A stretch of DNA of 64,000 bases from a virus, in IMG/VR virus record IMGVR_UViG_3300036846_000555, positions 32,001-96,000 of that record. One strand, written 5' to 3'. Of the stretch, positions 1 to 9,242 are shown piece by piece. Within the stretch, counting starts at the first letter, position 1, and the number at the start of each line of letters is the position of its first letter. The notes beneath the pieces are model-generated. The model saw nothing but the letters and a program-made list of their open reading frames with translations, had not been told where the DNA came from and made no database searches. The translations under genes and the position numbers were made by a program.

Positions 1-2
1 TC

Positions 3-1226
3 GCGGGCTGGCGCCAGTACATCGACCACCTCTCCCCCGAGGCGCGCCGCGCGGCAAAGGGTCTGCCGCGCTCGATCCGCGACCTGGGCGGCCGGATCGT
101 GGAGAGCTACTGGGACGGCAGCGTGCCACCCAGCCCCGACAAGGGGTTCGGCCAGGGCGCCGTCGTCGGCTGGTCGCTCCCGACACCGTTCATTCGCGAG
201 CTGGCCGAGAACGACCCAGAGCTGGTCGAAGCTTCGATCTCCGCGAATGCCACCGGCGTGCAGCCGACGATGCGTGACGGCCGCCGGGCGTGGCTGGTCG
301 AAGGCATCGAGGACCGCGGAAGCGTTGACTGGGTGACGGAGGCGGGCGCTGGCGGCCGCGTCGTCGCGTTGATGGAAGCTGCCTACGAGGAGGACGGGAT
401 GGGACTGCTTGAGTCCATGACCGACGAGGAGTTCATCACCTACGTCGAAGAGGTGCGCCCCCACCTGCTCACCGAGCAGTCCGACGGCGACGCCGAGGAT
501 GCGGAGGACGGCGGCGACGACGAGCTTGAGGAGATGATCGCGCGGATGATGAAGCGCAACCCCAAGCTGAACCGCAGCCAGGCCGAGGCGCTCGCCAAGA
601 AGGCGCTCGCTCAGTCAAGTTCATCAGTGGCGGAAGCCGAGACCACAAAGGAGACAGACATGGGTGCGATCACCCCAGAGGCGCTCCAGGAGGCTCTCCA
701 GAGTGAGGACTCTCGCAGCGCCCTGGAGGCCGTCATCGAGCCGATGGTCGAGCAGCGCGTCAAGGCGCTGGTCGAGTCGGCGGTGGCGAGCGAGCGCGAG
801 CTGATCCGCGCGGAGGCGCATGCTGACGCGGACCGGCAGCTTGAGCTGCGCGACATGCGCGACGTGGCTCACCGGCAGATCAGCGAGGCGAAGCTTCCCG
901 GAGCGTTCTCGGACCGCGCGAAGGCGCTGTTTGAGATCACCGACAACGGCCCGACGTCGACGCTGGACGTCGTCGACGACGTCGACGAGGGGGGCGCGGT
1001 CACCAAGAAGGCGGCCGACAAGCTCCAGGAGGCGGTGGATGCCGCCATCCAGGATCAGCGCGAGCTGCTCGCCGCGGCGAACCCGACGACCGTCCGCGGT
1101 CAGGGTCCGGGCGCTCCCGCCAAGCGCGGCGAGGGCGACGAGGAGCCGAAGAAGGGCGAGGGAACGCTCTACGGCGCTCTGCTTCAGGAATCGGGAGTCG
1201 ATCCCGCGACAGCGTGGAACGACTGA
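3..1226 (+). CDS. Prohead protease plus scaffold (5'-partial; ORF open to the window edge)
   Basis: The frame is open from nt 3 (AGWRQYIDHLSPEARRAAKGLPRSIRDLGGRIVES). The YxDH...RSxRDLxG and SVDWVTEAGAGG motifs resemble phage prohead proteases. An acidic, helical scaffold-like C-terminus follows, directly upstream of the cement and capsid genes. Confidence 0.8.
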   Translation, partial: AGWRQYIDHLSPEARRAAKGLPRSIRDLGGRIVESYWDGSVPPSPDKGFGQGAVVGWSLPTPFIRELAENDPELVEASISANATGVQPTMRDGRRAWLVEGIEDRGSVDWVTEAGAGGRVVALMEAAYEEDGMGLLESMTDEEFITYVEEVRPHLLTEQSDGDAEDAEDGGDDELEEMIARMMKRNPKLNRSQAEALAKKALAQSSSSVAEAETTKETDMGAITPEALQEALQSEDSRSALEAVIEPMVEQRVKALVESAVASERELIRAEAHADADRQLELRDMRDVAHRQISEAKLPGAFSDRAKALFEITDNGPTSTLDVVDDVDEGGAVTKKAADKLQEAVDAAIQDQRELLAAANPTTVRGQGPGAPAKRGEGDEEPKKGEGTLYGALLQESGVDPATAWND

Positions 1227-1255
1227 GGCCATCGGTAGGCAGAAAGGAGTGACTC

Positions 1256-1639
1256 ATGCCGTATAACCGTCCAGGCCCCGGCGTCTACGTCGTCAACGGT
1301 GGGACAGCGATCAACCATGGCGCGCCGGTGCAGCAGAACGGCTTCGTCGGCGTCGCGGTCAAGCAGCAGTTGGTGCCGTGGGATCAGGGACTCTCCGTCC
1401 AGGCGGTGATCCAGCCGAGCGAGCCGTACTTCATCATCACCAAGGGCGTCGTCCAGGTGCCGAACGCGGGGATCACCGCGAACGTCAAGGGCGACCCGAT
1501 CTACATCGGTGCGGGCAACGTGCTCACGGCCACGACCGGCAGCCCGAAGTTCGGGCGGGTCGTGGAGGTCGCGGGCTCGCGCGGTGTGCCGCCGAACAAG
1601 GTCCGGATCGACCTGGACTCCAAGGACAGCTTCGTCTAG
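1256..1639 (+). CDS. Capsid decoration/cement protein (DUF2190-like)
   Basis: 127 aa with GFVGVAVK...GVVQVP...GDPIYI...FGRVVE pattern, located between scaffold and major capsid; RBS AGGAG upstream. Confidence 0.7.
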   Translation: MPYNRPGPGVYVVNGGTAINHGAPVQQNGFVGVAVKQQLVPWDQGLSVQAVIQPSEPYFIITKGVVQVPNAGITANVKGDPIYIGAGNVLTATTGSPKFGRVVEVAGSRGVPPNKVRIDLDSKDSFV

Positions 1640-1750
1640 TTCTCAGCCGGGTTCCCCACCCCGGCTGAGTCGGCCCCTCGGGGCATCATCATGGGCGCGT
1701 TGCGCCTCCCGGGGAGAAGCAGGCAGAACACATCACGAGGAGCAACGCAC

Positions 1751-2806
1751 ATGAACGGCAATCCATATGGGGTCTTCGGACGGCCGATCCGGCTGCTTGA
1801 GGCCTACCGCGAGTGGCGCGACGAGCGGATGCTGGAGGAGGCCGACTCCAAGGCCGACTTCCCATCCTTCCTGTACGGCCCGGTCCGTCAGTCGATGTGG
1901 ACCGGCTACAGCCGCGCCCAGGCGCAGTACCAGCGCTACACCCGCCAGGAGAACGCACCCGACTTCCGTGACCGGCGGCTGCGCGGCCTGAACGGGCTGC
2001 AGGGAATCGGCTACGTGGGCGACCACGGGCACTACCCGGGCATGGCGCGGACGGAGCGTCCGCCCGCCCGGCTGGCGGTCGACACCTACGGCGGCGTCTA
2101 CCAGATCACCCGCCAGGCGATCATCAACGACGACAGCAACGAGCTGCTGAACCGCAACCCGGCCGACATGGGCTACGCGGCCGGGGTGTTCATCCTGCAG
2201 ACCGTGATCGCGATGATCCAGAACCCCGGCAACGCGCCGGACGGCAACCCGTTCTACAGCGTCGCTCGCGGCAACCAGGTGGTCACGCCGCTGTCCGAGG
2301 ACGCGCTCGCGGACGCGATCGGGTTCATGGAGGCCCAGGTCGACGACGACGGCCGCCAGATCGTCGTCACGCCGCAGGTGCTGGTGGTCCGCAACGCCCG
2401 GATGCAGATGATTGCGCAGCGGATCCTGAACTCGACGCAGACCGGCACGCAGATCCAGTACACCGGCGCAGCCGGTGCCGGGTCCAACGTGTTCGACAAG
2501 GGCACGATCAACCCGCTGGCCGGGATCCTGCCCGCCGACGGCGTGATTCGCGACCCGTGGTTCAGCGATTCCAACGACTGGTACCTGTTCGCCGACCCCG
2601 GCGACGTCCCGTCGTTCGCCGTGGGCTTCCTCAACGGGCAGTCGGAGCCGCAGGTGATGCTCAAGGACCCGATGGTCCGGATGGCGCTCGGAGCGGGTAC
2701 CGACCCGTACCAGTTCGAACTCGACTCGGTCGACTTCAAGGTGAGGTCGGACTTCGGCGTGGCGCCTGTCGATCCCAAGGGCGCGTTCCGCTCAATCGTC
2801 CCGTAA
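1751..2806 (+). CDS. Major capsid protein (Mu gpT-like, HK97 fold)
   Basis: TYGGVYQITRQAIINDD motif typical of Mu-like capsid proteins; N-terminal LEEA-DSKADFP; RBS GAGGAG before ATG 1751. Confidence 0.85.
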   Translation: MNGNPYGVFGRPIRLLEAYREWRDERMLEEADSKADFPSFLYGPVRQSMWTGYSRAQAQYQRYTRQENAPDFRDRRLRGLNGLQGIGYVGDHGHYPGMARTERPPARLAVDTYGGVYQITRQAIINDDSNELLNRNPADMGYAAGVFILQTVIAMIQNPGNAPDGNPFYSVARGNQVVTPLSEDALADAIGFMEAQVDDDGRQIVVTPQVLVVRNARMQMIAQRILNSTQTGTQIQYTGAAGAGSNVFDKGTINPLAGILPADGVIRDPWFSDSNDWYLFADPGDVPSFAVGFLNGQSEPQVMLKDPMVRMALGAGTDPYQFELDSVDFKVRSDFGVAPVDPKGAFRSIVP

Positions 2807-2849
2807 CGCGGGTAGCCTCAGCACATCGAACCAAGGAGCAGACACAGCC

Positions 2850-3416
2850 ATGAGCCCGAGAGGTAACGATGCGGAGGCGGCGGGCACCGAGCTGCAGGCC
2901 CGGACCGGCGAGCCTCCCAACGCGGAGACGATGATCGCGGAGAACCAGGCGCGCTGGCCCGAGGGGCTGCGCGCCGCAAACAACCGCCCGATCGACCAGG
3001 ACGCGACCGACGAGCTGGAAGCGGATGAGGTCGAGGGCATGCTCGACGTGGAGGGTGACGTTCGCGTTCTCGGCCACGCGGTGCGCGGCCCGTTCGTCGT
3101 CGTCGTCTACGAGGACGAGAACGGCAACGTCCACAAGGAGGCGGTGCAGCGCAAGGGCCACGAGAAGCAGGCCAAGCGCATGGCAGGCCCGGAGCCGGAC
3201 GATCCCGAGAAGGCCGACCAGGAGTACCAGGACAAGGCCACGAAGCGCGCCAAGAAGGCGTGGGAGGCGCAGCAGAAGGCCGAGAAGGAGGCCGACGAGG
3301 ACGACGACGGCGAGTCCACTGAGCCTGCCGCGCCCGCTGAGCCTGCCGCGCCCGCTGAGCCCGCAGCGCCGCAGACGACGCCTGCCGCTGCTGGCCGCGG
3401 CCGCCGCCAGCAGTAG
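2850..3416 (+). CDS. Hypothetical protein with low-complexity C-terminus (head-associated by position)
   Basis: 188-aa ORF, RBS AAGGAG, charged and PAEPAA-repeat tail. Confidence 0.6.
   Translation: MSPRGNDAEAAGTELQARTGEPPNAETMIAENQARWPEGLRAANNRPIDQDATDELEADEVEGMLDVEGDVRVLGHAVRGPFVVVVYEDENGNVHKEAVQRKGHEKQAKRMAGPEPDDPEKADQEYQDKATKRAKKAWEAQQKAEKEADEDDDGESTEPAAPAEPAAPAEPAAPQTTPAAAGRGRRQQ
3319..3371 (+). repeat. 18-bp tandem repeat x3 (encodes EPAAPA)
   Basis: ctgagcctgccgcgcccg twice plus one degenerate copy, in frame. Confidence 0.9.
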
Positions 3417-3428
3417 GAGGAGGCGACG

Positions 3429-4016
3429 GTGAGCGTCACAACCTCATCGGGGCTGCCGCCCACCGTCGCCGACCTGGAGAGCTGGAGCCGGATCGACTTC
3501 TCGTCGCTCGACGCGCCGTTCACCGACAGCGACCTGGGCGTGCAGATCGTGCGCGCGACGGCGTACCTGACCGCGGTCACCGGCCGGGCGATGGACGACA
3601 CGATGCCGCCGCCGCTCGTCCCGATCGCGCAGGACGCCTACCAGCTCCAGGTCGAGCAGGAGGTGTTCAAGAGCCAGCCCGACTACGTCGAGACGTCCGC
3701 GGACGATCTCATCCAGAGCTTCTCGGCGGGCAACTACTCCGAGACCCGGAAGGAGCCTGGGCGCGCGACGCGCCGGTCGGTCATGCCGCTCGGGCTGCCG
3801 GACATCAACCCGGACCCGCGGCTGAACACCGACATCTGGCTGCTCTGCACGCCTGAGATGCAGGACTACTGGCGCTTCATCCTGCAGGGCGCGGGCGCCC
3901 CGACGTTTGAGGTCACCGAGGCCGACTGGGGCAACTACGACGGGCTGTACCCGTACAGCTACGGCGTGGGTGCGTTCCGCGGGCCGGTGCTCGATCCGGG
4001 CGTCTGGGGTGCGTAG
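3429..4016 (+). CDS. Head-tail adaptor-like protein
   Basis: Position after capsid; FSAGNYSET motif resembles adaptor proteins. Confidence 0.55.
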   Translation: MSVTTSSGLPPTVADLESWSRIDFSSLDAPFTDSDLGVQIVRATAYLTAVTGRAMDDTMPPPLVPIAQDAYQLQVEQEVFKSQPDYVETSADDLIQSFSAGNYSETRKEPGRATRRSVMPLGLPDINPDPRLNTDIWLLCTPEMQDYWRFILQGAGAPTFEVTEADWGNYDGLYPYSYGVGAFRGPVLDPGVWGA

Positions 4017-4414
4017 TGTCGCTGCAGACCGCGCTGGTTGACCGAGCCCGTCAGGTCAGCGAGACGCCGACCGGCGAGAAGGTCGAGGGCTCGACGATCT
4101 TCCAGACGTCCAACGGCCCGTGGTTCAAGGTGCGGCTCACCATGTCGCCCGCGCCGGAGGCCGATGATCCGCAGGCCGGGCGTCGACGCGTCCCGCATCC
4201 CGGGACGATCCTGTGCGGCGTCAAGGACGCCGACGGCGGCGCGGTGACGATCAGCTCCGCGGACCGGCTGTGGGTCAACTCCAAGGAGTTGGGCGACGCG
4301 CTGTACGAGATCACCTCCGACGGTGAGCCGATCCGCAAGAGGCGCAAGCTGATCGGCTGGATGGCGAACATCACGCGCCTGGAGGAGCATCCCTTCACCC
4401 CGGCGGAGCTGTGA
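4016..4414 (+). CDS. Head-closure (stopper)-like protein
   Basis: 132 aa, beta-rich, in neck operon, overlapping stop/start. Confidence 0.5.
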   Translation: MSLQTALVDRARQVSETPTGEKVEGSTIFQTSNGPWFKVRLTMSPAPEADDPQAGRRRVPHPGTILCGVKDADGGAVTISSADRLWVNSKELGDALYEITSDGEPIRKRRKLIGWMANITRLEEHPFTPAEL

Positions 4415-4417
4415 GCC

Positions 4418-4954
4418 GTGGCGTGGGCGATTGAAGGCAAGTACTACGGGCCGAGTCTCTCCAACGCGTTCGCGCCCGAACCGGCGCGCGCGGCGGCCAA
4501 GAAGATGGCGCGCACCGGCACCGACCGCCTGCACGACCTGATCGTCGAGTTCACGCCGGTCAGGACCGGGAACCTGCGGTCGAGCTGGTACACGACCGGC
4601 ACGATCTCGGCCGAGCTGGCGGGCCGCGAGGGACACTACGTCGGACGGGTCAAGACCGATGTTGACTACGCGCCGGACGTGAACTACGGGACGGGGCTGT
4701 GGGGCCCGGAGCACCGCAAGTACCTGATCGAGCCGCACGCCCCCAACAAGTTCCTGTCGTGGATCGACCCGGCCACCGGCAGGCGCGTGTTCGCGCGGCG
4801 GGTGTGGCATCCGGGCAGTGAGGGCGCGCACATGATCGAGAAGGCGGCGGCGGTGCTGGAGGGAATGAGCGACCCGGCGCTGGAGGAGGATCTCCGGGAC
4901 TTCAAGCGGGCGATGGAGGACCAGATGATCGAGGCTCAGGCCGGGGCGAAGTGA
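4418..4954 (+). CDS. HK97 gp10-like neck protein
   Basis: TPVRTGNLRSSW and VDYAPDVNYGTG motifs. Confidence 0.8.
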   Translation: MAWAIEGKYYGPSLSNAFAPEPARAAAKKMARTGTDRLHDLIVEFTPVRTGNLRSSWYTTGTISAELAGREGHYVGRVKTDVDYAPDVNYGTGLWGPEHRKYLIEPHAPNKFLSWIDPATGRRVFARRVWHPGSEGAHMIEKAAAVLEGMSDPALEEDLRDFKRAMEDQMIEAQAGAK

Positions 4955-5535
4955 GCACCGGTAACGGCAACGGGCTGGACGTCGGGCGCAGCCATATCGA
5001 CGCGCTGCGCAGCGTCAAGCGCTACGTCTCGGTCGCGCTCGGCGACGACTGGGAGGTGCGCCTGGCGCGCGAGGAGGGCGCGTTCGCTCGCCCGTTCGCC
5101 CGCGTCTGGCAGGTCGCCGGGACGACGTACCCGCTGCTCAGCGGACGGTGGCTGACCGACATGGTGCAGCCGTTCGTGATCGCTGCCTACCCGGAGCAGG
5201 GCCGCGATCCGGACCAGGCGCTGCTGTTCGCCCAGTCGGTCGAGAACACGCTGTACAGGGCGTTCCGCGTCGGCGTGGAGGACGGCCGGGCGCTGCGCGT
5301 CCCGCTGTACAACTACTACCGGGTCAAGAGCTGGGATGCAGGCGTGTGGTATCCGCGGGCGTTCATGCGCGTCCAAGACCTCTCGACGCAGCCGTTCCCC
5401 GACCCGGATGAGAACACGCTGTGGACCGTGGTCTGTGACGTGCGCCTGACCTGGCGGCGGCTGGGCGAAACGATCCCGGAGCAGCCCGCGCTCAAGGGCG
5501 TCACCGTCTCAACTCCGTCTGTGGCCGGGCCCTGA
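4951..5535 (+). CDS. Tail terminator-like protein
   Basis: Position between gp10-like gene and sheath; overlapping start. Confidence 0.5.
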   Translation: MSTGNGNGLDVGRSHIDALRSVKRYVSVALGDDWEVRLAREEGAFARPFARVWQVAGTTYPLLSGRWLTDMVQPFVIAAYPEQGRDPDQALLFAQSVENTLYRAFRVGVEDGRALRVPLYNYYRVKSWDAGVWYPRAFMRVQDLSTQPFPDPDENTLWTVVCDVRLTWRRLGETIPEQPALKGVTVSTPSVAGP

Positions 5536-5591
5536 TCCAGCCTTACTATCCGGCGCAGCCCGTCTGTGGGGTTCACAGAGAGGAGCACTGA

Positions 5592-5909
5592 ATGTCGGAA
5601 GAAGCAACACCACGCCGCGCGAGCAGAGCGAAGACCGAGGCCACGCCGGAGGCTCCCACCGAGACTCCCACCGAGGCCGCGACAGAGGGCACGACAGAGG
5701 GTGAAGGGGCGCAGAGCACCGGCGCGGAGGAGTCCGCTTCCATTCCGGTCACCCAACTGGTCGAGGAGTCAACCGGGTTCCTCGGCGTTCCGTCACACAC
5801 CGCCATGGGCGCGCTGAGCGGCGACCTGAGCGAGACGATGACGGTCGACGAGGCCAAGATGAAGGTGGACGAGTGGCTACAGCAGCCAGTCAAGGTCGAG
5901 GAGGGGTAA
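5592..5909 (+). CDS. Hypothetical acidic protein
   Basis: 105 aa, RBS GAGGAG, precedes sheath. Confidence 0.6.
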   Translation: MSEEATPRRASRAKTEATPEAPTETPTEAATEGTTEGEGAQSTGAEESASIPVTQLVEESTGFLGVPSHTAMGALSGDLSETMTVDEAKMKVDEWLQQPVKVEEG

Positions 5910-5912
5910 CAC

Positions 5913-7388
5913 ATGCCTGGCGTCTTCTCCAAGGAAGCGCGGCCGGTTCGCCCCGGCGCGTACTTCGACTGGGCGGCGGAGCCGGTCGAGACCATCCTCC
6001 CGAGCATCGGCTCGGTGGTGCTGCTCGGCATCGTCCACGACTGGGGCCCGGCCGAGCAGGTGACCCCGACCGTGTCGCTGGGCGACTTCCAGTCCAAGTT
6101 CGGCTCGTCCAACACGCCGGGCTACCGCGCCGTCAAGCAGGCCTTCAAGGGCGAAGGGCTCCAGGGCCGAGGCGGCGCGGGAGAGGTGCTCGTCTACCGG
6201 ATCACCGGCGCCAGCGGTGCAGCCGCGTCGGCTGACGTGCAGAACACGACGCCCGCCACCGCGCTCACGCTGACGGCGAAGTACCCGGGCTCGTTCGGCA
6301 ACAACATCGGCTACAAGAGCCACGCCGACGTGGACGTGACGAAGAACGACTTCCTGATCTACGTCAACGGGCAGTTCGTCGAGACCTACACGTACGACAA
6401 GGCCGACATCCAGGGCCTCGTTGATCAGATCAACGCCACCTCGGTGTGGGTGTCGGCCACGCTCGGGATCGACGGCACGGCGCTCCCGACCACGGCATCG
6501 CCGGACGTGATCACGCCGCTGGCCACGGGCGACGACGGCTCGACACTGGTGCAGCAGGACTGGCAGGACTTGATCACCGCCTGCTCCAGCGCGCGCTTCT
6601 CGCTGTTCGCCGCGTTCGACCTGATCGACCCGACGACGCTGACGTCGCTGCAGCAGTGGTGCCAGCAGTCCAACCTGGGCGGCCGCCGGTTCATGCTGGT
6701 TGTCGGCGGTGGCACCGGTGACACCGCGACGACGGCCATCGCGCGCTCGACGACGCTGGAAGCGATGTCCTCGGGTGGCGGCGGCGAGAACATCGTCAAC
6801 GTCGGTGTTGGCACGCTGATCGACAACGAGTTCGGTGAGCTGTCCACGTCGCAGCTCGCGCCGCGGATCGCCGGGATCCTGGCGGCGCGCGGCGAGTCGA
6901 TGAGCCTGACGTTCGCGCGGCTGGCCGACACGGTCGCCGGGGTGCTGCCGAGCGACTCCGACGTCACCGCGTGCTTCAACGGCGGCGTCGTCGTGTTCGG
7001 GCAGGACTCCAACCAGGCGTCCCCGATCCGGGTCGAGAAGGGCCTGACGACCTACACCGGCGGCGACTCCACCAAGCCGTACCTGATCTACCGCAACCCG
7101 AAGTTCGTCAGGACCATGCACGGCATCGAGCTGGACATCACCGAGTGGTCCACGTCGAACGCCATCGGCTCGCTGCAGGTCAACGACGCGACTCGCGCGT
7201 ACGTCGTCGGCTACGCGCACCAGGTCATCCAGTCGCGTGCCGACCGAGGCGTGATCCAGTCCGGCTTCAGCGTCGGGATCGACCCGATCCCGCCGCCCAC
7301 CGACGACGACGAGTTCATCGCGCTGGTGTACGGCATCGCGTTCGGCCGCTCGGTCGAGCAGATCTTCAACCTCGTCTACATCAGTTAG
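5913..7388 (+). CDS. Tail sheath protein (contractile tail, XkdK-like)
   Basis: 491 aa; RPGAYF N-terminus, IAGILAARG..SLT and PIRVEKGLTT motifs; followed by tube. Confidence 0.9.
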   Translation: MPGVFSKEARPVRPGAYFDWAAEPVETILPSIGSVVLLGIVHDWGPAEQVTPTVSLGDFQSKFGSSNTPGYRAVKQAFKGEGLQGRGGAGEVLVYRITGASGAAASADVQNTTPATALTLTAKYPGSFGNNIGYKSHADVDVTKNDFLIYVNGQFVETYTYDKADIQGLVDQINATSVWVSATLGIDGTALPTTASPDVITPLATGDDGSTLVQQDWQDLITACSSARFSLFAAFDLIDPTTLTSLQQWCQQSNLGGRRFMLVVGGGTGDTATTAIARSTTLEAMSSGGGGENIVNVGVGTLIDNEFGELSTSQLAPRIAGILAARGESMSLTFARLADTVAGVLPSDSDVTACFNGGVVVFGQDSNQASPIRVEKGLTTYTGGDSTKPYLIYRNPKFVRTMHGIELDITEWSTSNAIGSLQVNDATRAYVVGYAHQVIQSRADRGVIQSGFSVGIDPIPPPTDDDEFIALVYGIAFGRSVEQIFNLVYIS

Positions 7389-7400
7389 GAGGTGTGAGCG

Positions 7401-7943
7401 ATGTCAATCGGATCAAGCGAGGGCCTATACCGCGTCAGCGGGATGTACGGCTACGTGATCATGGACGGTCACGTCCGAGCGGAGATCACCGACGTCACGG
7501 CGACCATCACGATCGCCAAGGTCGAGATCCCGCTCGTGGGCGCCACCCGGATGGGCATCAAGCCGGGCCGGGAGACGCGCGAGGGCACGTTCACGGTGCA
7601 GAAGGTGGATTCGCACTGGGAGAAGTACGTCTTCAGCTACCTGTCGCAGAGCTTGGCCGACCGCCGGGCCGCGCGCGGCACGCAGGCGGGCTCGATGCGC
7701 TCGTTCGCGATGCAGGTGTGGCTGGACGACCCGGACGCGCTCGGCTACGAGGTCTGGCAGTTCAACGGCTGCATGATCTGGGACCTGCCGCTCGGGTTCA
7801 ACATCACCACCGACGTGCTCGACCGCTCGTTCACGTTCGGGTGGGAGACCGAGAAGCCGCTGGAGTCCTACGAGATCATCCAGGGCCAGACCAACCCGGT
7901 CACCGGCCAGCCCGCGATCACGGTGCTCGACTCGCTGAGCTGA
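7401..7943 (+). CDS. Tail tube protein (XkdM-like)
   Basis: SGMYGYVIMDG...EITDVTATITIAKVEI...GTFTVQKVDS pattern directly after sheath. Confidence 0.85.
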   Translation: MSIGSSEGLYRVSGMYGYVIMDGHVRAEITDVTATITIAKVEIPLVGATRMGIKPGRETREGTFTVQKVDSHWEKYVFSYLSQSLADRRAARGTQAGSMRSFAMQVWLDDPDALGYEVWQFNGCMIWDLPLGFNITTDVLDRSFTFGWETEKPLESYEIIQGQTNPVTGQPAITVLDSLS

Positions 7944-7947
7944 TCCG

Positions 7948-8385
7948 ATGCTGAAAGACGACGCATGGTTCTCGGGCTTCGTCGCTGGCGAGGGGTCGTT
8001 CTACCTCGCGGGACCGCGCCACGTGCCGCGGTTCAGCATCAAGCTGCGGGATGACGACTCGGCCGTCCTTCTTCTCGTGCAGCAGAGCTTCGGTGGGCGT
8101 CTGCTCTGGGGAAAGAGCAACTACCTGAGCGCCAACGGGCTGGTCGATTGGTCGGTCACGAACAAGAAGGGCTTGCGTGGCCTCGTCGAATACTTCGACC
8201 GCTTCCCGCTCTACAACAAGAAGGCGTGGGACTACGCGCTCTGGCGTGAAGCCGTGCTCGCGTATCTCCGGGCCGGATACCGCGCGCCGGAGTTGGCAAC
8301 CATCGCGGCCAGCTTCCGCGACGTACGCGACTACAGCCCGCAGCAGGCCAGCATGGTCCAGCGCCATCTGGAGGCCGTGGCATGA
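7948..8385 (+). mobile_element. Free-standing single-motif LAGLIDADG homing endonuclease
   Basis: WFSGFVAGEGSF is a LAGLIDADG helix, followed by FSIKL..D...L...FGG and FDRFPLYNKKAWDYALW as in LAGLIDADG_1 enzymes. Confidence 0.85.
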
Positions 8386-8588
8386 CCGTGGTGGATTGGG
8401 AGCGGGCCTGGTTGGAACTCAAGACCTACCTGCTCACGAAGAACAGTCACGGCCAACGAGACCTCCTGTCTCAACTCACACGCATCGAGGTCGCCTGCCG
8501 CCTGCCTGAAGGCGAGCGCGACTTCGACCCCACACCGCAACGACAGTCCCCTACGCGCGCACTCCGCGAGGTGCAGCGGCATGGCTGA
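8382..8588 (+). CDS. Hypothetical protein
   Basis: 68-aa ORF coupled to the endonuclease by ATGA overlap. Confidence 0.5.
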   Translation: MTVVDWERAWLELKTYLLTKNSHGQRDLLSQLTRIEVACRLPEGERDFDPTPQRQSPTRALREVQRHG

Positions 8589-8633
8589 TCCGACCCACCG
8601 TCGCGAGGCCACCGGCCCCGGAGGAGCAGTCAC

Positions 8634-9242
8634 ATGGCAGACGCACCCGTCGCGGAAGACGTCCGCGTACAGTCGCCACCGCAGTCGCGGCAGCGTAAGC
8701 AGTCCCCGCCGTTGCCGCCGCCCACGGCTCTGAGAGGCCGCGAGGATCGCCCGCAGGAGGAGCGTCCCGTCCCGGAGGTTCTCGACTCGCTGGCGGGCGA
8801 CCGGCCCGTCACGGAGACCGAGGCGACGTCGGCGCTGGAGTGGTTCCTGTCCGAGGAGCCCGACGAGGACGGCGAGCAGACGCACACGATCGAGATCAAC
8901 GTCGGCATCGGCGATGCGCAGCACTGGATCTCGTGGGTCGTGCGGCCCATCGACGGCGACGTGCTGCGCCGGATTCAGCGCCAGACCTCGGCGATGCGTC
9001 GCCGCGGCCGCTCGGACGACCTGGCGGTCGACCAGCTCGGGAACCTCAAGGTGATCGTGGCGGGCTCCGTCGACCCGGACGTCGAGACGCTGGCGGAGCA
9101 GCAGGGCAAGCAGCCCGAGGCGATCCTGCTCAAGCGCTTCTCAAAGAAGCCGGGCCTGATCGCGCAGCTCGCGACGCAGATCATGGCGCTGTCCGGCTTC
9201 GATGACGACGACGTACGGGACGCCCTGAGCGCAAAAAACTGA
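8634..9242 (+). CDS. Tail assembly chaperone (G)
   Basis: Precedes tape measure and ends in GCA AAA AAC TGA. Confidence 0.8.
   Translation: MADAPVAEDVRVQSPPQSRQRKQSPPLPPPTALRGREDRPQEERPVPEVLDSLAGDRPVTETEATSALEWFLSEEPDEDGEQTHTIEINVGIGDAQHWISWVVRPIDGDVLRRIQRQTSAMRRRGRSDDLAVDQLGNLKVIVAGSVDPDVETLAEQQGKQPEAILLKRFSKKPGLIAQLATQIMALSGFDDDDVRDALSAKN

Noticed and set aside
3319-3371. 18-bp repeats as regulatory or CRISPR elements
   Set aside because: They are in-frame Pro/Ala/Glu linker repeats in a coding region.
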